A stretch of 64,000 nucleotides of DNA from Ranitomeya imitator. Taxonomy: Eukaryota. Location: positions 179,180,001 to 179,244,000 of the forward strand of contig NC_091288.1 in NCBI RefSeq assembly GCF_032444005.1, written 5' to 3'. The notes under the pieces are model-generated. The model saw only the letters and a list, made by a program, of their open reading frames with translations, was not told where the DNA came from and did not search any database. A program made the translations under genes and the position numbers. Below, in pieces: positions 49,349 to 61,218 of this stretch; the stretch's first letter is position 1; each line of letters begins with the position of its first letter.

Positions 49349-52007
49349 CTAGATGGTGGCCCGATTCTAACACATCGGGTATTCTAGAATATACATGTCC
49401 ATGTAGTATATTGCCCAGCCACGTAATATATTGGCCAGCCACGTAGTATGTTGCCCAGTCACGTAGTATATTGCCCAGTCACGTAGTATATTGGCCAGCC
49501 ACGTAGTATATTGCCCAGCCACGTAGTATATTGCCCAGTTACGTGGTATATTGCCCAGCCACATAGTACATTGCCCAGTCACGTAGTATATTGCCCAGCG
49601 ACGTAGTATATTGCCCAGTTACATAGCATATTGCCAGCCACGTAGTATATTGCCCAGCCACATAGTATATTGCCCAGCCACATAGTATATTGCCCAGTTA
49701 CGTAGTATATTGCCCAGCCACATAGTATATTGCCGAGTCACGTAGTATATTGCCCAGCCACGTAGTATATTGCCCAGCCACATAGTATATTGCCCAGTCA
49801 CGTAGTATATTACCCAGCCACGTAGTATATTGCCCAGTCATGTAGTACATTGGCCAGCCACGTAGTATATTGGCCAGGCACGTAGTATATTGCCCAGCCA
49901 TGAAGTATAATGCCCAGCCACGTAGTATATTGGCCAGGCACATAGTATATTGCCCAGCCACGTAGTATATTGCCCAGCTACGTAGTATATTGCCCATCCA
50001 CGTAGTATATTGCCCAGCCACGTAGTATATTGCCCAGTCACGTAGTATATTGCCCAGTCACGTAGTATATTGCCTTTCACGTAGTATATTGGCCAGTCAC
50101 GTAGTATATTGCCCAGCCATGTAGTATATTGCCCAGCCACGTAGTATATTGCACAGCGACGGAGTATACAGCACAGAGCCACGTAGTATAGAGACTTAAA
50201 ATAAACATATACTCACCTTCCGAAGGCCCGTTGAAGTCCTGCTATACTCACCACCCGCCGCCTTTCCCGCTCCTCGCCACACTCCGGTGACCGCTCCATT
50301 GCAAGCGGCAACTTCCGGTTCCAGGGCTGGTATGACTGCAGGACCTGTGATGACGTCGCGGTCACATGACTGTGACATCATGGCAGGTCCTTGTCGCATA
50401 CAATCCTTGCCACCGGAACCTGCCGCTTGCATGGAGTGGTCACCGAAGCTTCGCGAGGAGCGGGAAAGGCGGCGGATAGTGAGTATAGCAGGTTTTTAGT
50501 TTTTTTAATTATTTTTAACATGACATATTTTTACTATTGATGCTGCATAGGCAGCATCAATAGTAAATAGTTGGGGACACGCAGGGTTAATAGCAGCGGT
50601 AACGGAGTGCATTACACCGCGGCCCATTACCGCTGCCATTAACCCTGTGTGAGCGGTGACTGGAGGGGATTAAGGAGTGGGCACCGGGCACTGACTGCAG
50701 GGGAGTAGAGGAGGGACTAATCGGACTGTGCCCGCCGCTGATTGGTCGCGGCAGCCATGACAGGCAGCTGCCGAGACCAATCAGCGACGCGGGATTTCAG
50801 TTACGGAAGTTGAGGACAGAGGACAGGTATTCTAGAATATGCATGTCCACGTAGTATATTGCCCAGCCACGTAGTATATTGCCCAATAACAAAGTATATT
50901 GCCCAGCTATGTAGTATATTGGCCAGTCACGTATATTGCCCAGCTATGTAGTATATTGCCCAGCCACATAGTATATTGCCCAGCCACATAGTATATTGCC
51001 CAGTCACGTAGTATATTGCCCAGTCACGTAGTATATTGTCCAGTCACGTAGTATATTGCACAGCCACGTAGTATGTAGTATATTGGTCAGCTACATAGTA
51101 TATTGCCCAGTCATGTAGTATATTGCCCAGTCATGTAGTATATTGCCCAGCCCCGTAGTATATTGCCCAGCCATGTAGTATATTGCACAGCCACGTAGTA
51201 TGTAGTATATTGGTCAGCCACGTAGTATATTGCCCAATAATGTAGTATATTGGCCAGTGACATAAAATAAAAAATAAACATATAGTCACCTTAGTCCTGG
51301 CTCCTGTGTACGGTGCACGCGGCAGCTTCCAGTCCCAGGGTTGGTATGACTATGAGCGCAGGACCTGTGATGACGTCGCGGTCACATGACCATGACGTCA
51401 TGGCAGGTCCTTCTCGTGCAGGCACGCAGGACCTGTGATGACGTCGTGGTCACATGACCATAACGTCATGGCCGGTCCTTCTCGCGCAGATGCGCAGGAC
51501 CTGTGATGACGTCGCGGTCACATGACCGTGACGTCATGGCAGGTCCTCCCATAGCATCCTTAGCACCAGAACCTGCCGGCGGACAGGACGCGACATTGGA
51601 GGGTGAGAATAAATTTTTTTTTAAATTATTATTATTTGTAACATTAGATCGTTTTATTATTGATGCTGCATACGCAGCATCAATAGTAAAAACTTGGTCG
51701 CACAGGGTTAATAGCTGCGTAACCGGAGTGCGTTACACTGCGCTCCAGTAACGCTGGCATTAACCCTGTGTGAGGGCTGAGTGGATGACTGGAGGGGAGT
51801 ATGGAGCGGGCACTGACTGTGGGGAGGAAGGAGCGGCCATATTGCCGCCGGAATGTGCCCGTCTCTCATTGGTCGTGGCAATGGTCATGGGTGTTTTGCC
51901 ATGACCAATCAGCGACTTGGATTCCATGACAGACAGAGGCCGCGACCAATGAATATCCGCGACAGAAAGACAGACGGAAGTGACCCTTAGACAATTATAT
52001 AGTAGGA
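49349..52007 (-). mobile_element. Composite non-autonomous Helitron with 20-bp minisatellites
   Basis: Minus strand A|TC...CTAG|T; 3' hairpin cccgat-N8-atcggg (49360-49379); arrays of gcccagccacgtagtatatt at ~49400-50190 and ~50850-51260; a second unit restarts at ~50825. Confidence 0.92.
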
Positions 52008-52916
52008 TTTCTAGGTGCACATGGAAGAGTTAATCTGGCTGCATTGGCGTTGTGTGCATTACATATTAAAGTACAGGAACTTAAGTGATTCATTATGAGA
52101 ACCTTTCTGTGCGGAAATGGCATTGATGCGTTAACCAGTCCATTTATTTCAATCTGGTTGTAATAATATCACAAGATGAAAAATGATCTTTCTCTGCAGG
52201 TCACCACGGAAGTTCAAGGTAGTTCGGCTTTCAAGGTAACCTGCGTAGACTGCGGCTCAGCTGTTTTGGGCAATGGATGCAGAAACTGTTAATAATTTTC
52301 TAGCTTTTTTAGAGGAGTTCTTATAACTGTACTAAAACAATAAGAAATGGGAACCTGTAGCGTCTTTGACCCCTCGCAGGTGTTTCCTTTAATACATTTG
52401 ACTAACAGGAAGATGATCAGGAGAGATTTCCTTTACAATGTACCAGATGTTCTAATTTTACCTCTTGATTCAAAAGCTACTATATTATTTTCTAAATCCC
52501 AGTGGATTAAATGATTTTGTTTTTCTACTGTATAATACAGTAGAAACATTTGTACTGTGATAATCCTCTGAACGTTATACGGTTACAATCTGAGATTATT
52601 ATTATAATCAGCTTTAATCAGTTTTCATAGCAGTTAAGTAGCTTTATTTTTTTTAAACAATACCATTGTTTTTTTTCTACTGGTAATATCCGAGACTCTA
52701 TTTTAAGTAAGTCATAGAAATGAGACAATGTTTTATTCATCTGATGCTCTTCTAACATAATAGGGCAAAATCTGTTTTTATAATCTGATTTTTCCTCTTG
52801 TTTGGATAGAAATACTAATATTTTATTCCCTGGTGGTCTAAGGTAATACCTGTTCCTTTGTTGTCTACTGTAAAAGAAATGTTAAAGCCTACTAATTTAA
52901 ATTAAGGGCTTATCAG

Positions 52917-53147
52917 TAGAGATGAGCGAATATGTTGGGAAACGATAGCCGAATTTGCCATATTCGAGCCATATTGGTCTCCTATTTGTGCCAAATTTAA
53001 GTTTGATGATCGTTTCCGAACACATTTGCTCATTTCTACTCCCATTGACTCCAATGGCGTTCAGCTATGTTTCGATGAATATTGCAAAAACAATATTAGC
53101 CGGTGATCATAATCCGAAACGAATATTGAAATATTCGCTCAACTCTA
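52917..53147. mobile_element. hAT MITE (231 bp)
   Basis: TAGAGATGAGCGAATAT...ATATTCGCTCAACTCTA; TSD CTTATCAG/CTTATAAG (7/8). Confidence 0.85.
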
Positions 53148-53154
53148 CTTATAA

Positions 53155-53777
53155 GGCTATGTGCACACATGGGCCCAAATTAATCGAGGCATTGTTCATG
53201 CTTGTCTTGATGAGGGGTCATGCTGTAGTCAAACCCTTCCGATTCATGGAAAGGAGCACGCCTCTTCTTGAATCTGGAGCATCTGACAAGTGGCAAGGAC
53301 ATTCATGCGCCACACCAGAAATCTTACACCAGTAAGGGACTGGAGTGAGATATCTGATGTAGGGAATGCAAAAGCTCATAATGAATTAGACGAGCTGTTG
53401 TGTGGTATCCTGCCACTGATGCGCCTCCTTCCCACCCCAGCTCTACCCACCCATTTTGACGGAGCTGGGAGAAAGTTATCTGAAAACGCCACAGTTGGGC
53501 CAAAGTTTTGCAACTTTTCAAAGTTTTTATACCAGAATTCTGGTGTTAAAGCTTTGATGAATCAGGCCCAATGTATTTTTCAGTAACATTTTCATTCTTC
53601 AGACCACTCACTGTATATACTTAGAAGTACAGGTAAAAACTACTGTGGCCGAGTGGATACAAAACCGACGGCAAGTACATGTCAGGAAAATGATCTTTGG
53701 AATTTTCATAAAGTATTTTAAAATTGTAAAATTCAGTGCCACTGCTGACATCTTGAAGATGCTGTGTGCACATACTC
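53155..53777. mobile_element. Degenerate PIF/Harbinger MITE
   Basis: TAA-GGCTATGTGCACAC left end; GTGTGCACATAC right end. Confidence 0.5.
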
Positions 53778-54513
53778 TACAGTTTATGTGCACTTAATGT
53801 CTTTCCTATGTGTGCAGACCCGCCAATTTTTTAGGAGGAAGATGTTTTAGGACAAGCTGACATCTTTACAACTATATATTTTGGTGTCTTTTTTGTTTAT
53901 TTTCTGAGCATCTTCGGCCACCGGTGTTTTCTTTGAACATTGTAAGGCCGCTACCGGTGTTATTTGTGAGGGTTGCTATGTGTCCCCCAGGATGCACGGA
54001 CTACAGGATGGCAGTGGGGCAGTTCGTTTCCTTCTGGGATGGATTTTCCAGATGGCTTATGGCCACAGGTTGCTTATAAAAAAAACCTGAAGCACAGGGT
54101 TTGGGTGTGTCAGTGTCAGAGTGGAGTTTTCTGCAAGCAGACCACTCTGAAAAAGCTCAGCCTGTGTGAGAGTAACACAGAGCCCAGCAAGGTGAACTCC
54201 TGGCACCCCGAAGCATGATACGTTGGTGCAGTGGCCTTCGGAAACTGGACGCATTTATGGACTGTCTCGTTTCCCAGCTGTGGTACGGAGGATACCGTGT
54301 GCTGTACACTGTGTGAGTTTTCGATATTAAGCACGTTTTGCTGTGAACTTTCCCTGTGGTCACTGCCTGTCACACTGCACCAACATGTATGGTGTAAACT
54401 ATTGGGCACTTTCCAAGCTGAAGCTGCCAGAAAAATGGTCAAGTAATTTCTTTTAACCGCTTTGCATCTAATCCCGAAGCAGTTAGAAAAGAGGTGAAAT
54501 GCCTGAATATATG

Positions 54514-55512
54514 CAGTCATGGACGAAAGTGTTGGCACCCTTGAAATTGTTCCAGAAAATGAAGTTTTTCTCCTAGAAAATAATTGCAATTACACAAGTT
54601 TTGTTATGCACATGTTTATTTCCTTGGTATGTATTGGAATAACACAAAAAAAACTGAGAAAAAAAGGCTATGGACATAATTTCACTCAAAATCCCAAAAA
54701 TGGGCCAGACAAAATTGTTGGCACCCTCAACTTAATATTTGATTGCACACTTTTTGGAATAAATAACATCAATCAATTGCTTTCTATAACCATTAACAAG
54801 CTTCTTATACCTATCAATTGGAATTTTGGACCACTCTTCTTTCGTAAACTGCTTCTGGTCTCTCATATTTGAAGAGTGCTTTCTCCCAACAGCAATTTTA
54901 AGATATCTCCACTGGTGTTCAATGGGATTTAGATCCGGATTCATTGTTGGCCAATTCAGAAATCTCCAGTACTTTGTTTCCATCCATTTCTGGGTGCTTC
55001 TTGAAGTATTTTTGGGGTAATTTTCCTGCTCGAAGACCCATGACCCAGTACCAACAGCAGCTAAACAAACCAAAAACATCTTTGAACCTCAATCAGATTT
55101 GACTGTAGGTTCTGTGTTCTTTTCTTTGCAGGCCTCATCCCATTTTTTGTAAACAGTAGAATGACGTGCTTTAACAAAAAGCTGTATCTTGGTCTCATTT
55201 GTCCACAAGACGCTTTACCAGAAGGATTTTTGCTTACTCACGCACTTTTTGGCAAGCCACAGTCTAGTTTTTTATGTCTCTGTGTCAGCAGATAGTTTGT
55301 GCTGACACTGATGCACCCTGTGCCTGCAGGACAGCTTGAATTTATTTGGAACTTGATTGGGGCTGCTTATCCACCAACCGGACTATCCTACATTGCAATC
55401 TTTCAACAATTGTTCTCTGCCATCCACATTCAGGGAGATTAGCTACAGTGCCATGGGTTGTTAACTTCTTGATTATGTTGCGCACCGTGCACAAAGGAAC
55501 ATCAAGATCACT
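54514..55512 (-). pseudogene. Decayed IR/DR Tc1 transposon
   Basis: TIR CAGTCATGGACGAAAGTGTTGGCACCC with inner DR; WPTMNPDLNPIEH; VLWTNETKIQLF; VPLCTVRNIIKK; internal deletions. Confidence 0.85.
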
Positions 55513-55513
55513 G

Positions 55514-56493
55514 TGAGTTAATACAGTTATTAGCTCCTCCAGTGTGGCAGGAATCTCCCTGGTGGCCTAAGCGTCCTTCACACGGTCAGCCAGCCTCCTC
55601 CAAAATATAGGGATGAGGGCTTTATCTGGCCACTCCAGCTCAGATGCTAAAGTCCGGAAGTGGACGGCAAAATGGCTGACCATGTATGATCCCTGGGTCA
55701 ATGCCAGCAGTTGGAGCGCCGTATCATGGATGACTCGAGGTCCTAAAAAGACCTGTTTCAGAGTGCTCAGAAACAATGGAGCACTCTGCACCACATGATC
55801 GTCATGCTCCCACAATGGCATAGCCCACTCCAATGCCCTGTCCGACAGAAGTGATATAATGAGTCCCACCTTTGCCCGCTCTGTGGGAAAACGTGCTGCC
55901 AGGAGCTCAAGGTGTATTGCGCACTGGCTCACGAATTCCCTACATGACTTGCAATCACCAGAGTATTTATCAGGCAGCGGAAGGTGGGATAAGGTGAGAA
56001 CAGGGGTGGCAGTGGACAAACTTGCTGCAGCCACTCTAGCAGCCTGAACAGCTACTGCGGTAAGGCAGGGTTTACAATGCATTAAACAGCAGCCCGTTCA
56101 ACATACGCTAACGGGCTGCTGTCAACGCAAGTGCCGGTATATGCAGAGCGCTAGCACAGATAGAGCATCTGCTAGCTCTATCTGCGCTAGCAGTGACGGA
56201 CCCGGAAACGCTGCAGCCCTCATCTCAGGGTCCGTCACTCAATGATGGCACATGGCTAGCGCACGCCCATTGTGGGTGTACGCTAACGATGCGTCCGACA
56301 TTGCATTCAATGGCGGCGTTACTGGACTACGTTACACTGCGTTATGCCGCGGTGTAACGTAGTCCATCTAACGGACACCATGAACGCAATGTGAACCCAG
56401 CTTAACATCCACAACTGAGGTTTCACGCTCGAGAGCCGCCAACCTGCCCTCCAGCTGCTGCATGAACTGCTGTAGTCGCTGTTCATCCGCTAT
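55514..56493 (-). pseudogene. Ty3/Gypsy (chromovirus-like, PEG10/RTL1-type) gag, truncated and MITE-interrupted
   Basis: LPLPDKYSGD...FVSQC...FPTERAKVGLIISLL...ALEWA...LTQG...F...LASEL.W; start codon reads ATA; in-frame stop near 55567. Confidence 0.9.
56064..56402. mobile_element. PIF/Harbinger MITE inside gag
   Basis: TAA TSD; removing it restores gag ...VDVTAVAV...; TIR GGCAGGGTTTACAATGC vs AGCTGGGTTCACATTGC. Confidence 0.88.
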
Positions 56494-56509
56494 TACTTGC
56501 CAGACTCTG

Positions 56510-56519
56510 GCGCTAGTAT
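56510..56519 (-). promoter_or_regulatory. Self-priming type PBS (ATACTAGCGC)
   Basis: 2 nt from the LTR end; perfect complement of LTR 56931-56940, which lies 30 nt downstream of TATAAAA. Confidence 0.75.
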
Positions 56520-56521
56520 AT

Positions 56522-57311
56522 TGTTAGGGCTGGCGGAAGGTACCGAGTAAATATGGAGACAATATTGGTGCGTTCGTAGCCCGGTGTCCACCGTGCAGGA
56601 TTGGAACCTGCTGCTAGTAAATGGCGGCACTATATGGCGGTATTACTCCTGAACAGACATGGGTTCTGTCACCCAGTCTGTGTAGGAGCGAACTCTGTTG
56701 CTTCACAGAGTCGCCGGGATAAAAGATAATGCTGTACCCTGTTAACCTCACAGAGGGTCACAGCTCTCTAACGGAGCAGGTAGCATATAGTGGTCACACA
56801 GTCAGCAAAAGCACACAAACAACTCCTCTCTGGAGGTGCCGGAATTCTAGTGGCTATACAGCCGATGCTGAGCACATGCTGACAGCGAACACAAAAGAAG
56901 CTAAGCTCATACACACATGAACTTAAGCTGATACTAGCGCATGGCCGTGCGGCCATGCAAACCTTTTATAGAGGAAGCTCTCCAGGACCTTCCTAGTGGT
57001 CCAATAGGAACTGTTTCAGGACCTGAGCATGTGCCCCCCGACCTCCAATGAGAGGCGTCCCTTGGGCATGCCCAGTAGAGGAAAAGCAGGACTTAGTCCC
57101 AGGAGCATCTGCTCGCCGCAGAACAGTGCTGGTTACAATGGCTGAGTCTGAAAGATCAGCAGTAACCAGGTGCACAGTATCTGCCTGAGCCAGATGCTGG
57201 GACCGACGTCTCCGCTGAGCAGACTCCACTGCGGCCGGAGAAGAATGGGAGACCATAGCGGAGGTGATTCAAGATTCCCCCTGTGCAGTGGTGGGAATTT
57301 GACACCTAGCA
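56522..57311 (-). mobile_element. 5' LTR of the Gypsy remnant (family copy 3)
   Basis: Reverse-complement homolog of 11207-12005 and 46224-46935; joined to PBS and gag; no matching TSD, as expected for a non-solo LTR. Confidence 0.9.
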
Positions 57312-57935
57312 GCGGGTTATGGAACATCCTTGCCTGTAAAAAACGTTGTGTCCCTGAGCTCATGATTAAGTGGCTAAATGTCTGTGCAAGTGTTCTATCC
57401 TAATCACTGGTTTGGGTATTTTCAGCCATCAACCTACACCTAAGCAAAAAAAAAATGATTTAATCTTTTATCCTTATGTTAAAGATATAATTTGTCGACA
57501 GCACATTGCTCCTGGTAAGCAGGGATGTGCTGTCAAAATAATAAAACCGTATTCTAGCTATGTCACTAATGATCAATTGGTCAAGGGCCAATGATTGTTT
57601 TATGTAAATGGAGCTAAACATGTTAATTTGTCCATGTGATAAATCAAAACCCTTTTTCAAGCTGAAAATCTACTAATTTAAAAGGATCCTTATGCTCTAC
57701 CTTAGGACCAGCGATGTGACCCATCTCTGATAGGAAGCTGAAATGGATGTACACATGGAATTCAGCATTTCTTCTTGCTCTGGACTGATCAGAAAAATTA
57801 TTAAAAGGCAGAAACAAAGAGAACTGTGTAGTTATAATGAGCTGCACAGTTCTCTCAAGGGATGCATTAAATGAAGGTTACATTGGGTAAATTGCATACT
57901 TTTACATTGCGTAGAACCCCTTCTTTGATATCATT

Positions 57936-58174
57936 TTAACAATTCTTGCATCCATTGTACTTGTTTATTTTTATCATTTCTGCTTGAATCTCTTTGCAGG
58001 ACAACAGAATAGCCTCCCAGAGTTGCTGTTTTGATGTGAGCTGCCTCCCACCCTCATAGATCTTTTGTTTGATGATGCTCCAATGCTTCTCAATAGGGTC
58101 GAGGTCAGGGGAGGATGGTGGCCACATCATGAGCTTCTCTCCTTTTTTTCCCAAAGCAGCCAATGACTCAGGAG
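57936..58174 (-). pseudogene. Tc1-like transposase C-terminal fragment
   Basis: KLMMWPPSSPDLDPIEKHWSIIKQKIY. Confidence 0.8.
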
Positions 58175-59000
58175 TAGTGTTGAGAGATACCTTCCGATAT
58201 CCGAAAATATTGGATCGGATTGGATCGGACCGATACCCAAAAAATATCGGGTATCGCCGATTCCGATACCGGAAACCAATGCAAGTCAATGGGACAAAAA
58301 TATCGGAATTAAAATGAACCCTTTCTTTCTTTGTATGTTACTTCTACTTGATGGAAAACAACTAAGAATAATGTAGAATGTATTGGGGGAGGAGACATTA
58401 AAGGCATAGAGGTTTAGGCCAATCAAATGGAATAGCAGGAATTATTATTTTTCTTTTTCGTTCGGAGTTACAAAGATATTGACTATGTTAAGCTTTTTTA
58501 TATTTTGTCAGATATTTATGGTTCACTACTTCCATGCTCTTCACCTTCTTTTTTACTTCTCCCACACTTTCTCCTTCATCATCCTCAGCAGCAGCATCTT
58601 TTTCATCAACTTCTTCTTCACCTTATTCATCTTCTTCTCCTTCACCGTCTTCCTATTATTCCTTTTTTTTACATTCTTCATATTTTTCTTATTCAACTAT
58701 TATTATTCTTCATATTCTTCATATTCTACTTCTTCATCTTTTTCATATTCTTCTTCTTCATCATAATCTTATTTGTGACAGGCATTCCTGTAGTTGTTAT
58801 CTATAAAAGTTTGAAGATTACACGTTCCGTTATGCCTGTCACAAAAGATTTACAACAGGATTTGTCCGTGTTCAGTTTTGCCTGCAGCAGCAGGTTTTTT
58901 CCAGGGGTACCACGAGGAGGAACGGACTCACTCCCATACACTGCTTAGTCTTCTTCTGCTTATAATTTAGATAATATCTTTTGCTCTTTTAGTCTTATCC

Positions 59001-59320
59001 TTAATGTTCTTCTACTTTTTGTTCTGCAGCTTCTTGTTCTTCTGCTTCTTGGTCTTCTGTCTCTTCTTCTTCTGTATCTTGGTGGTTGTCTTCTTGTTCT
59101 TTGTCCTTTTGGTCATCTTCTTCAGGGTCATTTTCTTGGTCTTCTTTGGGGTGGTCTTCAGGATCGTCGTCTCCAGGGTCGTCATCTCCAGGGTCATCAT
59201 CTCCGGGGTTGTCATCTCCCGGGCCGTCGTCTCCGGGGTCATTGTCTTCTTTGGGGAGGTCTTCAGGGTCATCGTCTCCAGGGTCATCGTCTCCGGGGTC
59301 ATCATCTTCTTCGGAGTGGT
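59001..59320 (-). repeat. Low-complexity acidic repeat (15-bp gatgaccc.ggagac units; DDDPG)
   Basis: Replaces the transposase catalytic and C-terminal region; further GAA-rich tract at 58530-58770. Confidence 0.8.
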
Positions 59321-61218
59321 ATAGTCCTTGTCCATGGTTACTGGTCCACGCATCGGTGGTCAGGTGGACCTTGCAACTGACGGCGTTTAGTAGCGCATGT
59401 TTAATTTTTCCCTCAACATGCTCTTGCAGGGCAGGGACGGCTTTCCTGCTGAAGTAAAAGCGGCTGGGCACGTTGTATTGTGGGACTGCCAATGCCATGA
59501 AGTTACGGAAGGTGTCAGTCTCCACCAGCCTGAATGAGAGCATTTCAAGGGACAGTAGTTTTGCAAGGCCAGCATTCAGAGCCTGTGCTCGGGGGTGGTT
59601 TGCCAAGTATGGGCGCCTTTTCTCCCATGCCTATGCTACCGATGGCTGTAGACTGGCCTGGGGGTGTGAGGATGACAGGGAACGTGGTGCTGTGGGTGGA
59701 ATTACACTGTGTCTCTGTACAACAGTGCCAGAGGTTCTTCCATGGCGATCCTGTGAGGAAGCCGAACCAGCTGTGTGTGAGCTGGAGGAAGAGGCTACAG
59801 CACGAGCTGAAGAGGTGGTAGGTGGTGCTGTAGGTTTGCCTAGGTCTTCAGTGTGTCTTTCTAACTCCACCACGTGCTTGGTCCACACATGTTTCCACAT
59901 ATTTGCGGTATTGAGGTTGCTGACACTTTTCCCTCTTTTCACTTTCTGATTAGACTTCTTTCACATTTCCGTTGGTACGGGTCCGTCGCTATGCATTGGG
60001 CCGACGTATCGACAGACGTTGTGAAATTTGGGGATGACGTTGGCAGCGGATGCAGTTTTTCAACGCATCCGCTGCCCATTCTGAAGTCCATGGACGAGGG
60101 GGCGGAGTTTCAGCCACGCATGCGCGATCGAAAATGGCGGGTGCGTCGCACAAAAAAGTTACATTGAACGTTTTTTGCGACGATGGTCCGCGAAAACATG
60201 ACGGATCCATCGCACGATGGATGTGACGTGTGGCAATCCATTGCAATCCGTCGCTAATACAAGTCTATGGGTAAAAAAAGGAACGTGCAAGCACATTTGC
60301 AGGATCCCTTTTTTTCCCAAAGGATGGATTGTGACGGTTTGCCAAAGACGGAAATGTGAAAGAGGCCTTACACAGCTTGCATTTGACAAAGCAAATGTTA
60401 TCTGCAACTGTGTCAAAAAAGGACCAGGTACAGCAAGTCTTGGGAGCGCCCGTTTTGGGTTTTGAAAGAGGCGTGCTCCTAATGGGTGCCAAAGTGGAGG
60501 CTACAGGCAACCCAGTCTGCCCCCTCCCTCTACCTCCTTTTTGGGCCATACGGGGAATCTCTTCCTCAGAGCTGCTCCCACCACCTTCCTGTACCTCACG
60601 CCATGATGGGTCAAGGACCTCATCATCTACACTACCCTCTTCCAACAACTGTTTCTCCTGGGTAGTCTCGGCAGCACAGTACGCACCAGAAAGTGGCACC
60701 TGAGTCTCATCATCAGATGCGTACTGAGGTGTGCTGACCGTAGGCACTGGCCCACCCGCCTCTTCAGATTCAGAGAGACAAAGCAGTTGCGCATCACTGC
60801 ATACTGCTTCTTCTTCAATTTCTTGAATGCTGGTTGGCTGGCCCCCTCTTTCCAAGCCAAGAGATTCAGAGAGCAGAAGTAGAGATGGCTCCTGTCCAGG
60901 GCTCTCTGACTGCCTGGGCAATTTGGCAGGTTGTGAAGAGACAGATGGGTGCTCTTCAGTGCTCTGGACCTGAGAGGATGTGGCACTAATGGAAGTCGAT
61001 GCGTTAGCTGCCATCTATCCGACAACGGCTTCAATTTTTTCTTCCCGCAGCAGTGGGGTACGGCGAGCTCCTACAAAGCTGCGCATAAAGGACTGTACCC
61101 TGGTAAAACTGGGGGCTGCTGAGTCACTGGTGCCTTCAGCAGGCACAGAATCCCCACGTCCTCTCCCTGCAGAAACTCCACGCCCACGACCACGTGCCTT
61201 TCTCCCTGCCTTCTTCAT
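59320..61218 (-). pseudogene. BED-finger hAT transposase, N-terminal half
   Basis: One frame with stops at 61015 and 59631: WSFF...CKLC|N...HVWTKH (BED finger, split by a MITE), LAKLL...SFRLVE...FRNF...YNVPSR, HLTTDAWTS; then fused to an acidic repeat. Confidence 0.9.
59953..60367. mobile_element. PIF/Harbinger MITE inside the BED finger
   Basis: TTA TSD; TIR GACTTCTTTCACATTTCCGT / ACGGAAATGTGAAAGAGGCC. Confidence 0.92.

Noticed and set aside
58479-59457. Phe/Ser-rich plus-strand ORFs
   Set aside because: Low-complexity tracts within the defective hAT element.
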